From positions 2,980-66,979 of the forward strand of contig JAGBAW010000003.1 of NCBI GenBank assembly GCA_017938725.1: a DNA stretch of 64,000 nucleotides, read 5' to 3'. This document shows, in pieces, positions 31,111 through 40,927 of the stretch (position 1 is its first letter; each line of letters begins with the position of its first letter). The stretch comes from Bacilli bacterium (GTDB lineage: Bacteria > Bacillota_I > Bacilli_A > RF39 > UBA660). Position numbers and translations under genes: made by a program. The notes under the pieces were generated by a model, which was given only the letters and a program-made list of their open reading frames with translations, ran no database searches and was not told the DNA's origin.

Positions 31111-31112
31111 AA

Positions 31113-32405
31113 ATGTTAGATATTAAATTTGTAAGAGAAAATCCTGAAAAGGTAAAGGAAAATATTAAAAAGAAGTTCCAAAATAATAAGTTAGAATTTG
31201 TTGATAAAGTTATTACTTTAGATAAAGAGTATAGAGAAATAAAAGTAAAAGCAGATACACTTAGAAATGAGAGAAATACTATTTCTGATAATATTGGTTC
31301 TCTTATGAGAGAGGGGAAAAAAGAAGAAGGCTTGGCTTTAAAAGAAAAAGTAATAAAAATAAATGATGAATTAAGTACTTTAGAAACAGAAGAAGAAAAT
31401 TATGAAAATCAAATAAGAGAAATTATGTATTTAATTCCAAATATGGTTGCGGATGATGTACCAGTTGGGGAAGATGATTCTAAGAATGTTGAAATAGAAA
31501 AGATTGGTGATCCAATAATCCCTGAATATGAAATCCCTTATCATGCAGATATAATGGCTAGTTTTAATGGTATTGATAAAGAATCAGCAGCAAAAGTATC
31601 AGGTAATGGTTTTTATTATCTGATGGGTGATATAGCAAGACTTCATTCAGCAGTACTTAGTTATGCTAGAGACTTTATGATTGATAAAGGATTTACATAT
31701 TGTATTCCACCATATATGATAAGAAGTGATGCGGTTAATGGTGTTATGAGCTTTGAAGAAAAAGAAGCAATGATGTATAAGATAGAGGGAGAAGACTTAT
31801 ATTTAATAGGTACTTCAGAGCACTCTATGATTGCTAAGTTTAAAAATCAAATGTTAAAAGAATGTGAACTTCCTATAACTATGACAAGTTATTCTCCATG
31901 CTTTAGAAAAGAAGTTGGAGCACACGGAATAGAAGAAAGAGGAGTATATAGGGTTCATCAATTTGAAAAACAAGAAATGATAGTTATATGTAAACCTGAA
32001 GATAGCGAATCTTGGTATGAAAGAATGTTAAATTATACAGTAGAATTATTTAGAAGTTTGGATATTCCTGTTAGAAAGCTTGTATGTTGTACAGGGGATC
32101 TTGCAGATTTAAAATATAGATCATGTGATGTAGAAGCATGGAGTCCAAGACAAAAAACATATTTTGAAGTAGGATCATGTTCTAATCTAACAGATGCACA
32201 AGCTAGAAGATTAGGAATTAGATATAAAGATGAAAATGGTAATAGGGTATTTGCTCATACATTAAATAATACTGTACTTACTCCACCTAGGATGCTTATT
32301 GCTTTCTTAGAAAATAACTATAATGAGGATGGTTCAGTAAATATACCAGAAGTATTAAGACCTTATATGGGTGGAAAAGAAAAAATAGAAAAAAAAGTTT
32401 GTTAA
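31113..32405 (+). CDS. serS: serine--tRNA ligase
   Basis: N-terminal coiled-coil arm and class II aaRS motifs. Conserved SerRS sequence throughout. Confidence 0.95.
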   Translation: MLDIKFVRENPEKVKENIKKKFQNNKLEFVDKVITLDKEYREIKVKADTLRNERNTISDNIGSLMREGKKEEGLALKEKVIKINDELSTLETEEENYENQIREIMYLIPNMVADDVPVGEDDSKNVEIEKIGDPIIPEYEIPYHADIMASFNGIDKESAAKVSGNGFYYLMGDIARLHSAVLSYARDFMIDKGFTYCIPPYMIRSDAVNGVMSFEEKEAMMYKIEGEDLYLIGTSEHSMIAKFKNQMLKECELPITMTSYSPCFRKEVGAHGIEERGVYRVHQFEKQEMIVICKPEDSESWYERMLNYTVELFRSLDIPVRKLVCCTGDLADLKYRSCDVEAWSPRQKTYFEVGSCSNLTDAQARRLGIRYKDENGNRVFAHTLNNTVLTPPRMLIAFLENNYNEDGSVNIPEVLRPYMGGKEKIEKKVC

Positions 32406-32453
32406 AACGAACTTTTTCTTTTATTGTGATATAATTAATTTATAGGTTGTGAA

Positions 32454-33038
32454 ATGATGAATGTAAATAATAGAAGTATTGTTATTGAAATATTTAATAA
32501 AAATGTAGATAAAATCATAAAAAAATCCAAGAGATTATTAAAATTATGTGATGAAAAAAATTATAAATTAAAGTTTAATTATTTAGATGATAACATTTCA
32601 AAACAAAAACTATTTTGGATTAAAAATATAGAAAAAGCAATCAATATAAAGAATATTAAAGAAAGATATAGTTTTATATATGATACTGTTTGTGAATATA
32701 TTGATAAAAAATATATGGAATGTAATTATTGTGATTTTAAGGATGACGTTTGTATTTATTTTAGAAATAATCCAAAGATAATGCATAAAAATGGATGCTG
32801 CTATAGCGATGCAAGGGGTGGACTTTGTAAAAATTTAGTAAATAACTCTTGCAGTATAAAATCGATATCTTGTAAATTATACTCCTGTGAATATTTAAGG
32901 AAAAATAAAATTAATTTTAGAATGAAAGCTATTCCATTAATAAAGTACTTTTTCAATATAAAGCAAAAGTATTATATTAAATATAGTTTCTTTAAGGATA
33001 AAGATTATATGATTAATAAATTAATTGAAAATAAGTAG
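32454..33038 (+). CDS. Cys-rich hypothetical protein (paralog A)
   Basis: 194 aa. C-terminal half has ~11 Cys (IYDTVCEY...CNYC...C...NGCC...GLC...NSC...ISC...YSC). Paralogous to the next ORF. Confidence 0.5.
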   Translation: MMNVNNRSIVIEIFNKNVDKIIKKSKRLLKLCDEKNYKLKFNYLDDNISKQKLFWIKNIEKAINIKNIKERYSFIYDTVCEYIDKKYMECNYCDFKDDVCIYFRNNPKIMHKNGCCYSDARGGLCKNLVNNSCSIKSISCKLYSCEYLRKNKINFRMKAIPLIKYFFNIKQKYYIKYSFFKDKDYMINKLIENK

Positions 33039-33674
33039 GTGTATGAAATGAGTTTAAAAAGAATGGTATTTGATAATAAATTAATATTACAGGTAAGTGA
33101 TGAAAATATAGAATATATAATATCAAAAACAAGATCTATTATTAAATTTTGTGATAATCATAATTTAGTTGTTGAAATCATATACAATAGTAAAAAAATA
33201 GATGAAAAATATTTAAAGAAAGATATATCAAAAAATATAAGAGACATAATTACTATTATGCATGCCATAAATATAAAAAATATACCTGAAAGGTATGACT
33301 ATATATATGATACAGTATGTGCTTATTTAGATGAAAGAATAAAAACTAATTATTGTGAATTTAAAGATAATATATGTGTTAAATATAGGAAAAAAGGATC
33401 TAATCATGAAAATGGGTGCTGCGAATGTAAAGGAAGAGGAAGATGCAAATATTTAATTGATGGGGTATGTACAATGAAAAGTTGTATGGCATGTAAACTA
33501 TTTACTTGTTATACTTTAAAAAGGATGGGTATTACTCAAAATATAAATGATTTTGCATTAACTAAATATTTCTTTACTACTAAACAAAAGGATATACTAC
33601 AGTTTAGTTACTGGACACCAAAAGAAATTGTTATGGAAAAATTATTAAAAGAAAGTAAAATGTTAATAAGATAA
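33039..33674 (+). CDS. Cys-rich hypothetical protein (paralog B)
   Basis: 211 aa. Shares AINIKNI.ERY..IYDTVC.Y.D....C.FKD..C......NGCC....G.C..L....C..KS..CKL..C with the preceding ORF. Confidence 0.5.
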   Translation: MYEMSLKRMVFDNKLILQVSDENIEYIISKTRSIIKFCDNHNLVVEIIYNSKKIDEKYLKKDISKNIRDIITIMHAINIKNIPERYDYIYDTVCAYLDERIKTNYCEFKDNICVKYRKKGSNHENGCCECKGRGRCKYLIDGVCTMKSCMACKLFTCYTLKRMGITQNINDFALTKYFFTTKQKDILQFSYWTPKEIVMEKLLKESKMLIR

Positions 33675-33723
33675 TAAAAATATATGTTATAATTTATTTA
33701 TATATTATTAAAGAGATGAAATA

Positions 33724-34449
33724 ATGAGTAATTATGTAAAAGGAATAATAGGAGCTTTAATTGGTGGAGTAATAGGAGTTATTCCATGGATACTTGTTTA
33801 TGTTTATGGAGAATATATGTTTTCTTTAATTGCAATTTTTATAGGACTTGGTGCAAGTTTTGGCTATAAAAAATTAGGCGGTGTTATGAATAAAAAAACA
33901 CCAATAATAATTGGGGCAATATCAGTAGTTGTAGTAGTTGTCGCAACTTTACTTGTAATTCCTTGTATGTTAATACTAAAAGAAGGTTATTCGCTAAATG
34001 GTTATACATTTGAGCTTTTATATAGTAATAGTAATTTTACAAAAGCTATAACTCATGATTTATTAGTATCTATATTCTTTGTAATACTTGGTATAATTCC
34101 AGTAATAAATAATATAAAAAGAGAAGTTGGAATAGAGGTAAAGTCAGAAGTAGATGCTGCTAAAAGAAATGAAAATATTTCTAAAATGAAAGAGATATTT
34201 AAAAAATATAATGCATTTAATAAAGAAAGTGCAGTAAGTTATGATGAAATAAAAGAAAACTTTAATGATGAAGATGAAAAAATATTTAAGCAAGTAAAAA
34301 GTATGTTGATAATAAAAAAATATAAAGATAAATATTATTTTTCAGAAAAAAATGAAAAGACTCCAGGATTAGGTTCACTAATATTATCATTCAAAATTAT
34401 ATTAATAGTTATTGTAGTAATGACATTAATTACTATAATATTTTCATAA
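33724..34449 (+). CDS. hypothetical membrane protein
   Basis: Several predicted TM segments (Gly/Ile-rich N-terminus, C-terminal TM). No motifs. Confidence 0.5.
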   Translation: MSNYVKGIIGALIGGVIGVIPWILVYVYGEYMFSLIAIFIGLGASFGYKKLGGVMNKKTPIIIGAISVVVVVVATLLVIPCMLILKEGYSLNGYTFELLYSNSNFTKAITHDLLVSIFFVILGIIPVINNIKREVGIEVKSEVDAAKRNENISKMKEIFKKYNAFNKESAVSYDEIKENFNDEDEKIFKQVKSMLIIKKYKDKYYFSEKNEKTPGLGSLILSFKIILIVIVVMTLITIIFS

Positions 34450-34585
34450 AAGATTAACCATTATTGATTAATTTTTTATTTTAACTTTGTTTAAAAATTT
34501 TAACTTCATATTAACTATTTAGTTTCAAATCAATTTACATTTTTAACTATAGATGCTATAATTATCTAAGTTTAGAGGTGTAACT

Positions 34586-36025
34586 ATGATAAAACATACA
34601 AATATTAAACCTTCTTATTTAGAAGCAAAAAAAAGAAGTAAAGAAAAGGTAAAAATATTAACTGATGAATATATAATGACTAATGAATTAAGTAAGATAG
34701 GAATAGGTAAAAAGTATCATGTTATTACATATGGTTGTCAAGCAAATGAGAGAGATTCTGAAACTATAAGCGCTATACTTGAAGATATGTCATTTACAAA
34801 AGTAGATAACATGGAAGATGCTGATTTAATTCTTTTAAATACATGTGCGATTAGAGAAAATGCTCATAATAAGGTATTTGGAATGCTTGGTAGAATTAAA
34901 CACTTAAAAGAATCCAAACCAAATATAATTACATGTTTATGTGGATGCATGGCTCAGGAAGAATCAGTTGTTAATGAAATAGAATCAAAATATAAATGGA
35001 TGGATGTAGTATTTGGTACACATAATATTCATAATTTACCTCTTCTTATAAGTAATGCAATAAATGATAATGAACTTATTATCGAAGTATTTAGTAAAGA
35101 GGGTGATGTAGTTGAAAACCTTCCTGTTAAAAGAGATAATAAATATAAAGCATATGTTAATATAATGTATGGTTGTGATAAATTTTGTACATATTGTATA
35201 GTTCCTTATACTAGGGGAAAACAAAGAAGTAGAAAAATAGAAGATATACTATGCGAAGTTAATAAACTTATTAAAGATGGGTATAAAGAAGTAACACTTT
35301 TAGGTCAAAATGTAAATGCATATGGAAAAGATTTAGATGAAAACATAACATTTGATTTATTATTAGAAGAAGTTGCTAAAACAGGTATTGAAAGGGTAAG
35401 ATTTGTAACATCACATCCATGGGATTTTACAGATGAAATGATTAAAATTATAAAAGATTATAAAAACGTAATGCCATATGTTCATTTGCCAGTACAATCA
35501 GGTAGTGATAGAATATTAAAGTTGATGGGTAGACGTTATTCAAAAGAAAGTTACCTAGAATTAGCACTAAAAATAAAAAAAGAAATACAAAATGTTTCAC
35601 TTACAACAGATATTATTGTAGGTTTTCCAGGTGAAACTGAAGAGGATTTTAAACAGACTCTTGATATAGTTGAAAAATGTAAATATGACAGTGCATTCAC
35701 ATTTATCTATTCTCCTAGAGAAAATACCCCAGCTTCTAAAATGGAAGATAATGTACCATTTGAGGAAAAACAAGAAAGACTTCAAAGATTAAATGAACTT
35801 GTAAATAAATATGCGCTTATTAATAATCAAAAATTAGTAGGAGATACTCTTTTAGTATTAATTGAAGGAAAATCAGAAAAAGGTAATGGCTTATATGCAG
35901 GATATACTGATACTATGAAACTTGTTAATGTAAAATGTGATGAAGAAGATATAGGAAAGATAATAAATGTAAAGGTTACTGAAGCTAAGACTTGGAGCTT
36001 AAATGGAGAAAAAGTAAATGGATGA
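34586..36025 (+). CDS. miaB: tRNA-2-methylthio-N6-dimethylallyladenosine synthase (MiaB-family methylthiotransferase)
   Basis: UPF0004 N-terminal Cys triad, radical SAM CxxxCxxC (CDKFCTYC), TRAM C-terminus. Confidence 0.9.
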   Translation: MIKHTNIKPSYLEAKKRSKEKVKILTDEYIMTNELSKIGIGKKYHVITYGCQANERDSETISAILEDMSFTKVDNMEDADLILLNTCAIRENAHNKVFGMLGRIKHLKESKPNIITCLCGCMAQEESVVNEIESKYKWMDVVFGTHNIHNLPLLISNAINDNELIIEVFSKEGDVVENLPVKRDNKYKAYVNIMYGCDKFCTYCIVPYTRGKQRSRKIEDILCEVNKLIKDGYKEVTLLGQNVNAYGKDLDENITFDLLLEEVAKTGIERVRFVTSHPWDFTDEMIKIIKDYKNVMPYVHLPVQSGSDRILKLMGRRYSKESYLELALKIKKEIQNVSLTTDIIVGFPGETEEDFKQTLDIVEKCKYDSAFTFIYSPRENTPASKMEDNVPFEEKQERLQRLNELVNKYALINNQKLVGDTLLVLIEGKSEKGNGLYAGYTDTMKLVNVKCDEEDIGKIINVKVTEAKTWSLNGEKVNG

Positions 36026-36353
36026 TATTATAAAAGAAACATTAGAATTAAAGCAAATTATATTATCATCAAATGAGTACAAAGAGTACAAAAAAAGTGA
36101 AAGGGTTTTAAACTCAAATAAAGAGATAAATGATTTAATAGAAAGAATAAAAAAACTTCAAAAAGAAATAATAAATAAGGAAGATAAAAAAGAAGAAACG
36201 GATAAAGAAGAAATAGAAGTTCAAAGTCTATACAAAAAATTAAATTCCTATAAAGAGTATAGAAACTATATAGATGCTTCAAAAAAGTTTAATGAATCTT
36301 TAACATATATCCAAAAAGAATTTGAAGATTATTTTAATCAGTTTATTATTTAA
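36018..36353 (+). CDS. YlbF/YmcA-family regulatory protein
   Basis: Small helical protein immediately downstream of and overlapping miaB, as ymcA is in Bacillus. Confidence 0.55.
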   Translation: MDDIIKETLELKQIILSSNEYKEYKKSERVLNSNKEINDLIERIKKLQKEIINKEDKKEETDKEEIEVQSLYKKLNSYKEYRNYIDASKKFNESLTYIQKEFEDYFNQFII

Positions 36354-36433
36354 GAAACTAAAATGTTTCTTTTCTTTGACAAAATTTTATGTTTATATAT
36401 AATATAATATTAGTTTGAAACGGAGAAAAAATA

Positions 36434-36754
36434 ATGGAAGAAGAAATTTTAAAGTTAAAATCATTTTTATCACTTGTAAATTTATATTTAGAAAGGTTTT
36501 TAAATGGCCATAACTTAAGTAATTTAGTAAGTCAATTAGATTCTGAAACCTTTCTATACGAATATTATAAAGATATGGGTTCTGAGGAAGATATTGAATA
36601 CTTAAAAAACTATATGGGATTTATAGAAAGTGATGAAGATGTTGAAGAAAATTGGTATGCATTAGCGTATGCAGCATCTATATTTTTAAATACTAGAAAA
36701 ACAGGTAATAAGCTTATAGATAGTTATATATTAAAGATGACTAAAAGGGATTAA
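36434..36754 (+). CDS. hypothetical protein (106 aa)
   Basis: ORF only. Confidence 0.4.
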   Translation: MEEEILKLKSFLSLVNLYLERFLNGHNLSNLVSQLDSETFLYEYYKDMGSEEDIEYLKNYMGFIESDEDVEENWYALAYAASIFLNTRKTGNKLIDSYILKMTKRD

Positions 36755-36783
36755 ATATGTTAAAATATATATGGTGAAGTAAT

Positions 36784-37416
36784 ATGTATTTTGATTATAA
36801 TGGAAATAAATATGAGATTATTATAGAAAAAAAGAATAATAAAAATACTTATATAAGAGTTAAAGACGATTTAAAAATATATATATCAACATCTTATTTA
36901 ATACCTAAATTTATGATTAAGTCATTAATAGAAAATAATAGAAAACAAATTAATAAAATGATTGATACAGTTTTAAAAAGGTTAAATAAAAAAGATGGAT
37001 ACTATTATTTAGGTATGAAAATTAATATAGTTATTAAAAATGTAAAAAAGCCTTATTTAGATTATGATACCTTATATGTAAATTCTAAAGAAGATATAGA
37101 TAAATGGTATAGTAAAATGGCTAAAAAAGTGTTTAAGGAAAGACTTGATGTTATTTATAATAATTTTACTAAAGAGGTTCCTTATCCAAAACTAGTGATT
37201 AGAAAAATGACTACTCGCTGGGGTGTATGTAACAAGAATTTAGAAAAAGTAACATTAAATTATAATTTAATATATATGGATAAAAAATACTTAGATTATG
37301 TTATAGTTCATGAACTATCTCATTTTATTCATTTTAATCATAGTAAAAATTTTTGGAAATTAGTAGAAGAAAATGAACCTAATTATAAGCAGATAAGAAA
37401 AGAGATGAGAAATTAA
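36784..37416 (+). CDS. YgjP-like (DUF45, M48-type HExxH) metal-dependent hydrolase
   Basis: HELSHFIHFNHSKNFW motif. Confidence 0.65.
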   Translation: MYFDYNGNKYEIIIEKKNNKNTYIRVKDDLKIYISTSYLIPKFMIKSLIENNRKQINKMIDTVLKRLNKKDGYYYLGMKINIVIKNVKKPYLDYDTLYVNSKEDIDKWYSKMAKKVFKERLDVIYNNFTKEVPYPKLVIRKMTTRWGVCNKNLEKVTLNYNLIYMDKKYLDYVIVHELSHFIHFNHSKNFWKLVEENEPNYKQIRKEMRN

Positions 37417-38141
37417 TGGTTATAGAGTCAACAGATAACAAAAAAATCAAAGATTTTAGAAAATTAAAACAAAAAAAATATAGAGATAAAGAAAAAATGT
37501 TTTTAGTTGAAGGAATACATTTAGTAGTAGAAGCTTATAAAAGTGGTAACTTAATAGAAGTAATACTAGAGGAAAATGAAAAAGTAGATATAAATATAAA
37601 AACTACTTATGTAACTAAACAGGTACTTAAATCTTTATCAGAACTTGAAACACCATATAATATAATTGGAGTATGTAAGTTTAGTGAAGAAAAAGATATA
37701 GGAAATAAAGTGTTAATACTAGATGATATTCAAGATCCTGGTAACCTTGGAACAATAATTAGGAGTGCACTAGCTTTTAATATTGATACAATAATACTGA
37801 GTGACAATACTGTTGATTTATATAATTCAAAAGTATTAAGATCATCCCAAGGAATGAATTTTCATGTTAATATTTTAAGAGGTAATATAAAAGAATATAT
37901 ATTAAAACTAAAAGATGATAACTTTAAAATATATACAACTGATGTAAATAATGGCAAAGATATAAAAAGTGTTACTAATACTAAAAAATATGCTATAATA
38001 ATGGGTAATGAAGGAAGAGGCGTTTTCAAAGGTATAAGTGATTTATCAGATGATAAAATATACATAAAAATGAATAGAGAGTGCGAAAGCCTTAATGTAG
38101 CGGTTGCTACTTCAATAATACTATATGAATTAAATAAGTAG
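37416..38141 (+). CDS. TrmH/SpoU-family RNA 2'-O-methyltransferase
   Basis: SPOUT motifs (GNLGTIIRSA, IIMGNEGRG, LNVAVATSI). Confidence 0.8.
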   Translation: MVIESTDNKKIKDFRKLKQKKYRDKEKMFLVEGIHLVVEAYKSGNLIEVILEENEKVDINIKTTYVTKQVLKSLSELETPYNIIGVCKFSEEKDIGNKVLILDDIQDPGNLGTIIRSALAFNIDTIILSDNTVDLYNSKVLRSSQGMNFHVNILRGNIKEYILKLKDDNFKIYTTDVNNGKDIKSVTNTKKYAIIMGNEGRGVFKGISDLSDDKIYIKMNRECESLNVAVATSIILYELNK

Positions 38142-38633
38142 GTGAATAATATGAAGTTTATAAAAATTGGTAAGATAGTTAATACTCATGGAATAAAAGG
38201 TGAACTTAGAATATTATCTGACTTTAGACATAAGGATAAAGTATTTGTTAAGAATATGAAAGTTTATGTTGGAAAGAAAAAACAGGAATTTATTATAAAC
38301 TCATATAGATTTCATAAGATATTTGATATGGTTACTTTTAACGGCTTTAATAATATAAATGATGTAGAATATTTAAAAGGTGATTTTGTTTACATAAATG
38401 AGGATGATTTAAACCTAGATGGCGGGGAAATATATTCAGAAAAGTTAATAGGGTTTAAAGCTGTAATTGGTAAAACGCAAGTTGGAACTGTAACTGAAAT
38501 ACTAGATACTCCTGCGAACGAAGTAATAAGAGTTAATGAAAATATATTAATTCCTTATGTAAAAGAATTTATTAATAAAATAGATATGGAAAATAATACT
38601 ATTTACATTAATGATATAGGAGGTTTAGTATAA
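38142..38633 (+). CDS. rimM: 16S rRNA processing protein RimM
   Basis: GKIVNTHGIKGELRI N-terminus, PRC barrel C-terminus. Confidence 0.85.
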   Translation: MNNMKFIKIGKIVNTHGIKGELRILSDFRHKDKVFVKNMKVYVGKKKQEFIINSYRFHKIFDMVTFNGFNNINDVEYLKGDFVYINEDDLNLDGGEIYSEKLIGFKAVIGKTQVGTVTEILDTPANEVIRVNENILIPYVKEFINKIDMENNTIYINDIGGLV

Positions 38634-39757
38634 TGAAATTCAAAGTTTTAACACTATTTCCTAATATGTTTAATGGATTTTTAACTGAATCAATAATTAA
38701 AAGAGCAATAGATGAAAAATTGGTTAATATATCGATTAATAATATAAGGGATTATAGCAAAGATAAACATCAAAAGGTTGATGATACTCCATATGGTGGA
38801 GGAAGTGGTATGCTTTTAATGTGCCAGCCTGTTATGGATGCAGTTAAAGCATTGAAGACTAAAAAAACAAAAGTCATTATGCTTAGTCCAGATGGAGAAA
38901 AATTTAACCAAGATAAGGCATATGATTTGTCAAATGAAGAAGATATAATTTTAATATGCGGACATTATGAAGGATTTGATGAGAGAATAAGTTCAGTAGT
39001 TGATGAAAAAATAAGTATAGGTGATTATGTTCTAACGGGTGGAGAACTTCCATCTATGGTAGTAATGGACTCTGTTATAAGACTAATTCCAGGAGTAATA
39101 AAAGAAGATTCTCACTTAAATGATTCATTTAATGACAATTTGCTTGATTATCCACAGTATACTAAACCAAGTGATTATAAAGGTATGAAAGTACCAGATG
39201 TGCTTTTATCTGGAGACCATAAAAAAATAGATGAGTGGAGAAAAGAAGAGGCAATAAAGAAAACAAAAAAAGTAAGGCCAGATCTTTTGAAAGAAAAAAA
39301 TGAAACCAAAAGGAAACAAATAGGAAACTATACTTTGATGGAAGATAATACTGCCAAAAAAATAGATTCAATTAATTTAAATGATACTTATAATTTTAAA
39401 CCTAAAAATAATATTAAAAAAGAAGACTTAGCATCTATAAGTAAAATAGTACTTGTCGAACCAACGTTTATTGAGACAATAGCAAAGAAAAATATTAATA
39501 AAAAATTAAATGTCTTATTAAAACAAGTATCTATAGTATTAAATGATGAAACAGACCAAGAAGGCTCTAGTTATGTTTTAGGTGAGATAGATAGATTAGA
39601 GAATATGATTTTAAGTAATTATGAGAAATATTTATCTAGTGATTATATTAAATTAATAAGAAATAAGTTATCAATGTTAAAAGATGAAATAAAATATAAA
39701 CAAATGATGATAGTCCAAACTATAGATTATGAAAAAGAAAAGGGGAGAAGTTTATAA
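38633..39757 (+). CDS. trmD: tRNA (guanine37-N1)-methyltransferase TrmD with ~140-aa C-terminal extension
   Basis: Canonical TrmD core to ~aa 235 (...VRPDLLKEK), then an uninterrupted Lys/Asn-rich extension of unknown nature. Confidence 0.85.
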   Translation: MKFKVLTLFPNMFNGFLTESIIKRAIDEKLVNISINNIRDYSKDKHQKVDDTPYGGGSGMLLMCQPVMDAVKALKTKKTKVIMLSPDGEKFNQDKAYDLSNEEDIILICGHYEGFDERISSVVDEKISIGDYVLTGGELPSMVVMDSVIRLIPGVIKEDSHLNDSFNDNLLDYPQYTKPSDYKGMKVPDVLLSGDHKKIDEWRKEEAIKKTKKVRPDLLKEKNETKRKQIGNYTLMEDNTAKKIDSINLNDTYNFKPKNNIKKEDLASISKIVLVEPTFIETIAKKNINKKLNVLLKQVSIVLNDETDQEGSSYVLGEIDRLENMILSNYEKYLSSDYIKLIRNKLSMLKDEIKYKQMMIVQTIDYEKEKGRSL

Positions 39758-40794
39758 TGAACATAATATTAACTGGCGATAGACCAACAGGTAAGTTACA
39801 TTTAGGACATTATGTAGGTTCTCTAAAACAAAGAATAGAACTTCAAAATAATAGCAATTATGATGAAATGTATGTTATGATTGCGGATGCACAAGCGCTA
39901 ACAGATAACTTCGACAATCCAAAAAAAATAAGAGATAATATTAATGAAGTTATACTAGATTATTTATCAGTAGGTATTGATCCAGAAAAAGTAAATATAT
40001 TTATTCAATCGGAAATATCGGAACTAACTGAACTTACATTTTACTATATGAACCTAGTTACAGTATCAAGGCTTGGAAGAAATCCAACAGTTAAAACAGA
40101 AATAAAACAAAAAAACTTTGATAAAAGTATTCCTGTAGGTTTCTTTTGCTACCCAATTTCACAAGCAGCAGATATAACTGCATTTAAGGCAAATATAGTT
40201 CCAGTGGGTGATGATCAACTTCCAATGATTGAACAAACTAATGAGATAGTTAATTCATTTAATAGAATATATGGTAAAACTTTAGTGCCATGTAAGGCAA
40301 TTCTTGCTTCTAATGAATTAGCTAGGAGACTTCCTGGACTTGATGGTAATGCCAAAATGAGTAAAAGCATAGGGAACTGTATTTATTTATCAGATTCATC
40401 TGAAGATGTATATAAAAAGGTAATGAGTATGTATACTGATCCAGATCATATAAAAATAGAAGATCCTGGCAAAGTAGAAGGTAATATGGTGTTTACATAT
40501 TTAGATGTATTTTCAAGTAATGAACAAATAAGTAAATATTCTGAGTTTAGTTCACTAGATGAGATGAAAGAAAAATACAAAAAAGGTGGACTTGGTGATG
40601 TTAAAATTAAGAAAGTATTATATAATGTTTTAGAAGAAATACTTACTCCAATTAGAGAAAAGAGAAAATATTATGAAGAAAATATGGATGAAGTATATAA
40701 AATATTAAAAAATGGTACAAATAAAGCAAGAGAAAAAGCAAGTAAAACTTTAAAAGAAGTAAAAAAGGCAATAATGATTGATTATTTTGAATAA
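39757..40794 (+). CDS. trpS: tryptophan--tRNA ligase
   Basis: HLGHY (HIGH) and KMSKS motifs. Start overlaps trmD stop. Confidence 0.95.
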   Translation: MNIILTGDRPTGKLHLGHYVGSLKQRIELQNNSNYDEMYVMIADAQALTDNFDNPKKIRDNINEVILDYLSVGIDPEKVNIFIQSEISELTELTFYYMNLVTVSRLGRNPTVKTEIKQKNFDKSIPVGFFCYPISQAADITAFKANIVPVGDDQLPMIEQTNEIVNSFNRIYGKTLVPCKAILASNELARRLPGLDGNAKMSKSIGNCIYLSDSSEDVYKKVMSMYTDPDHIKIEDPGKVEGNMVFTYLDVFSSNEQISKYSEFSSLDEMKEKYKKGGLGDVKIKKVLYNVLEEILTPIREKRKYYEENMDEVYKILKNGTNKAREKASKTLKEVKKAIMIDYFE

Positions 40795-40927
40795 TAGGTA
40801 CAAAGAGTTAATGATATTGTTTATAAATTAAAACTAGAATATTTGAATTAATATTCTTTTTTTCTTGCTTTTATTATAAGTATAAAGTAAAATGGAAGTG
40901 TTGTTAAAAAAGTTAGGAAGTGATTAT

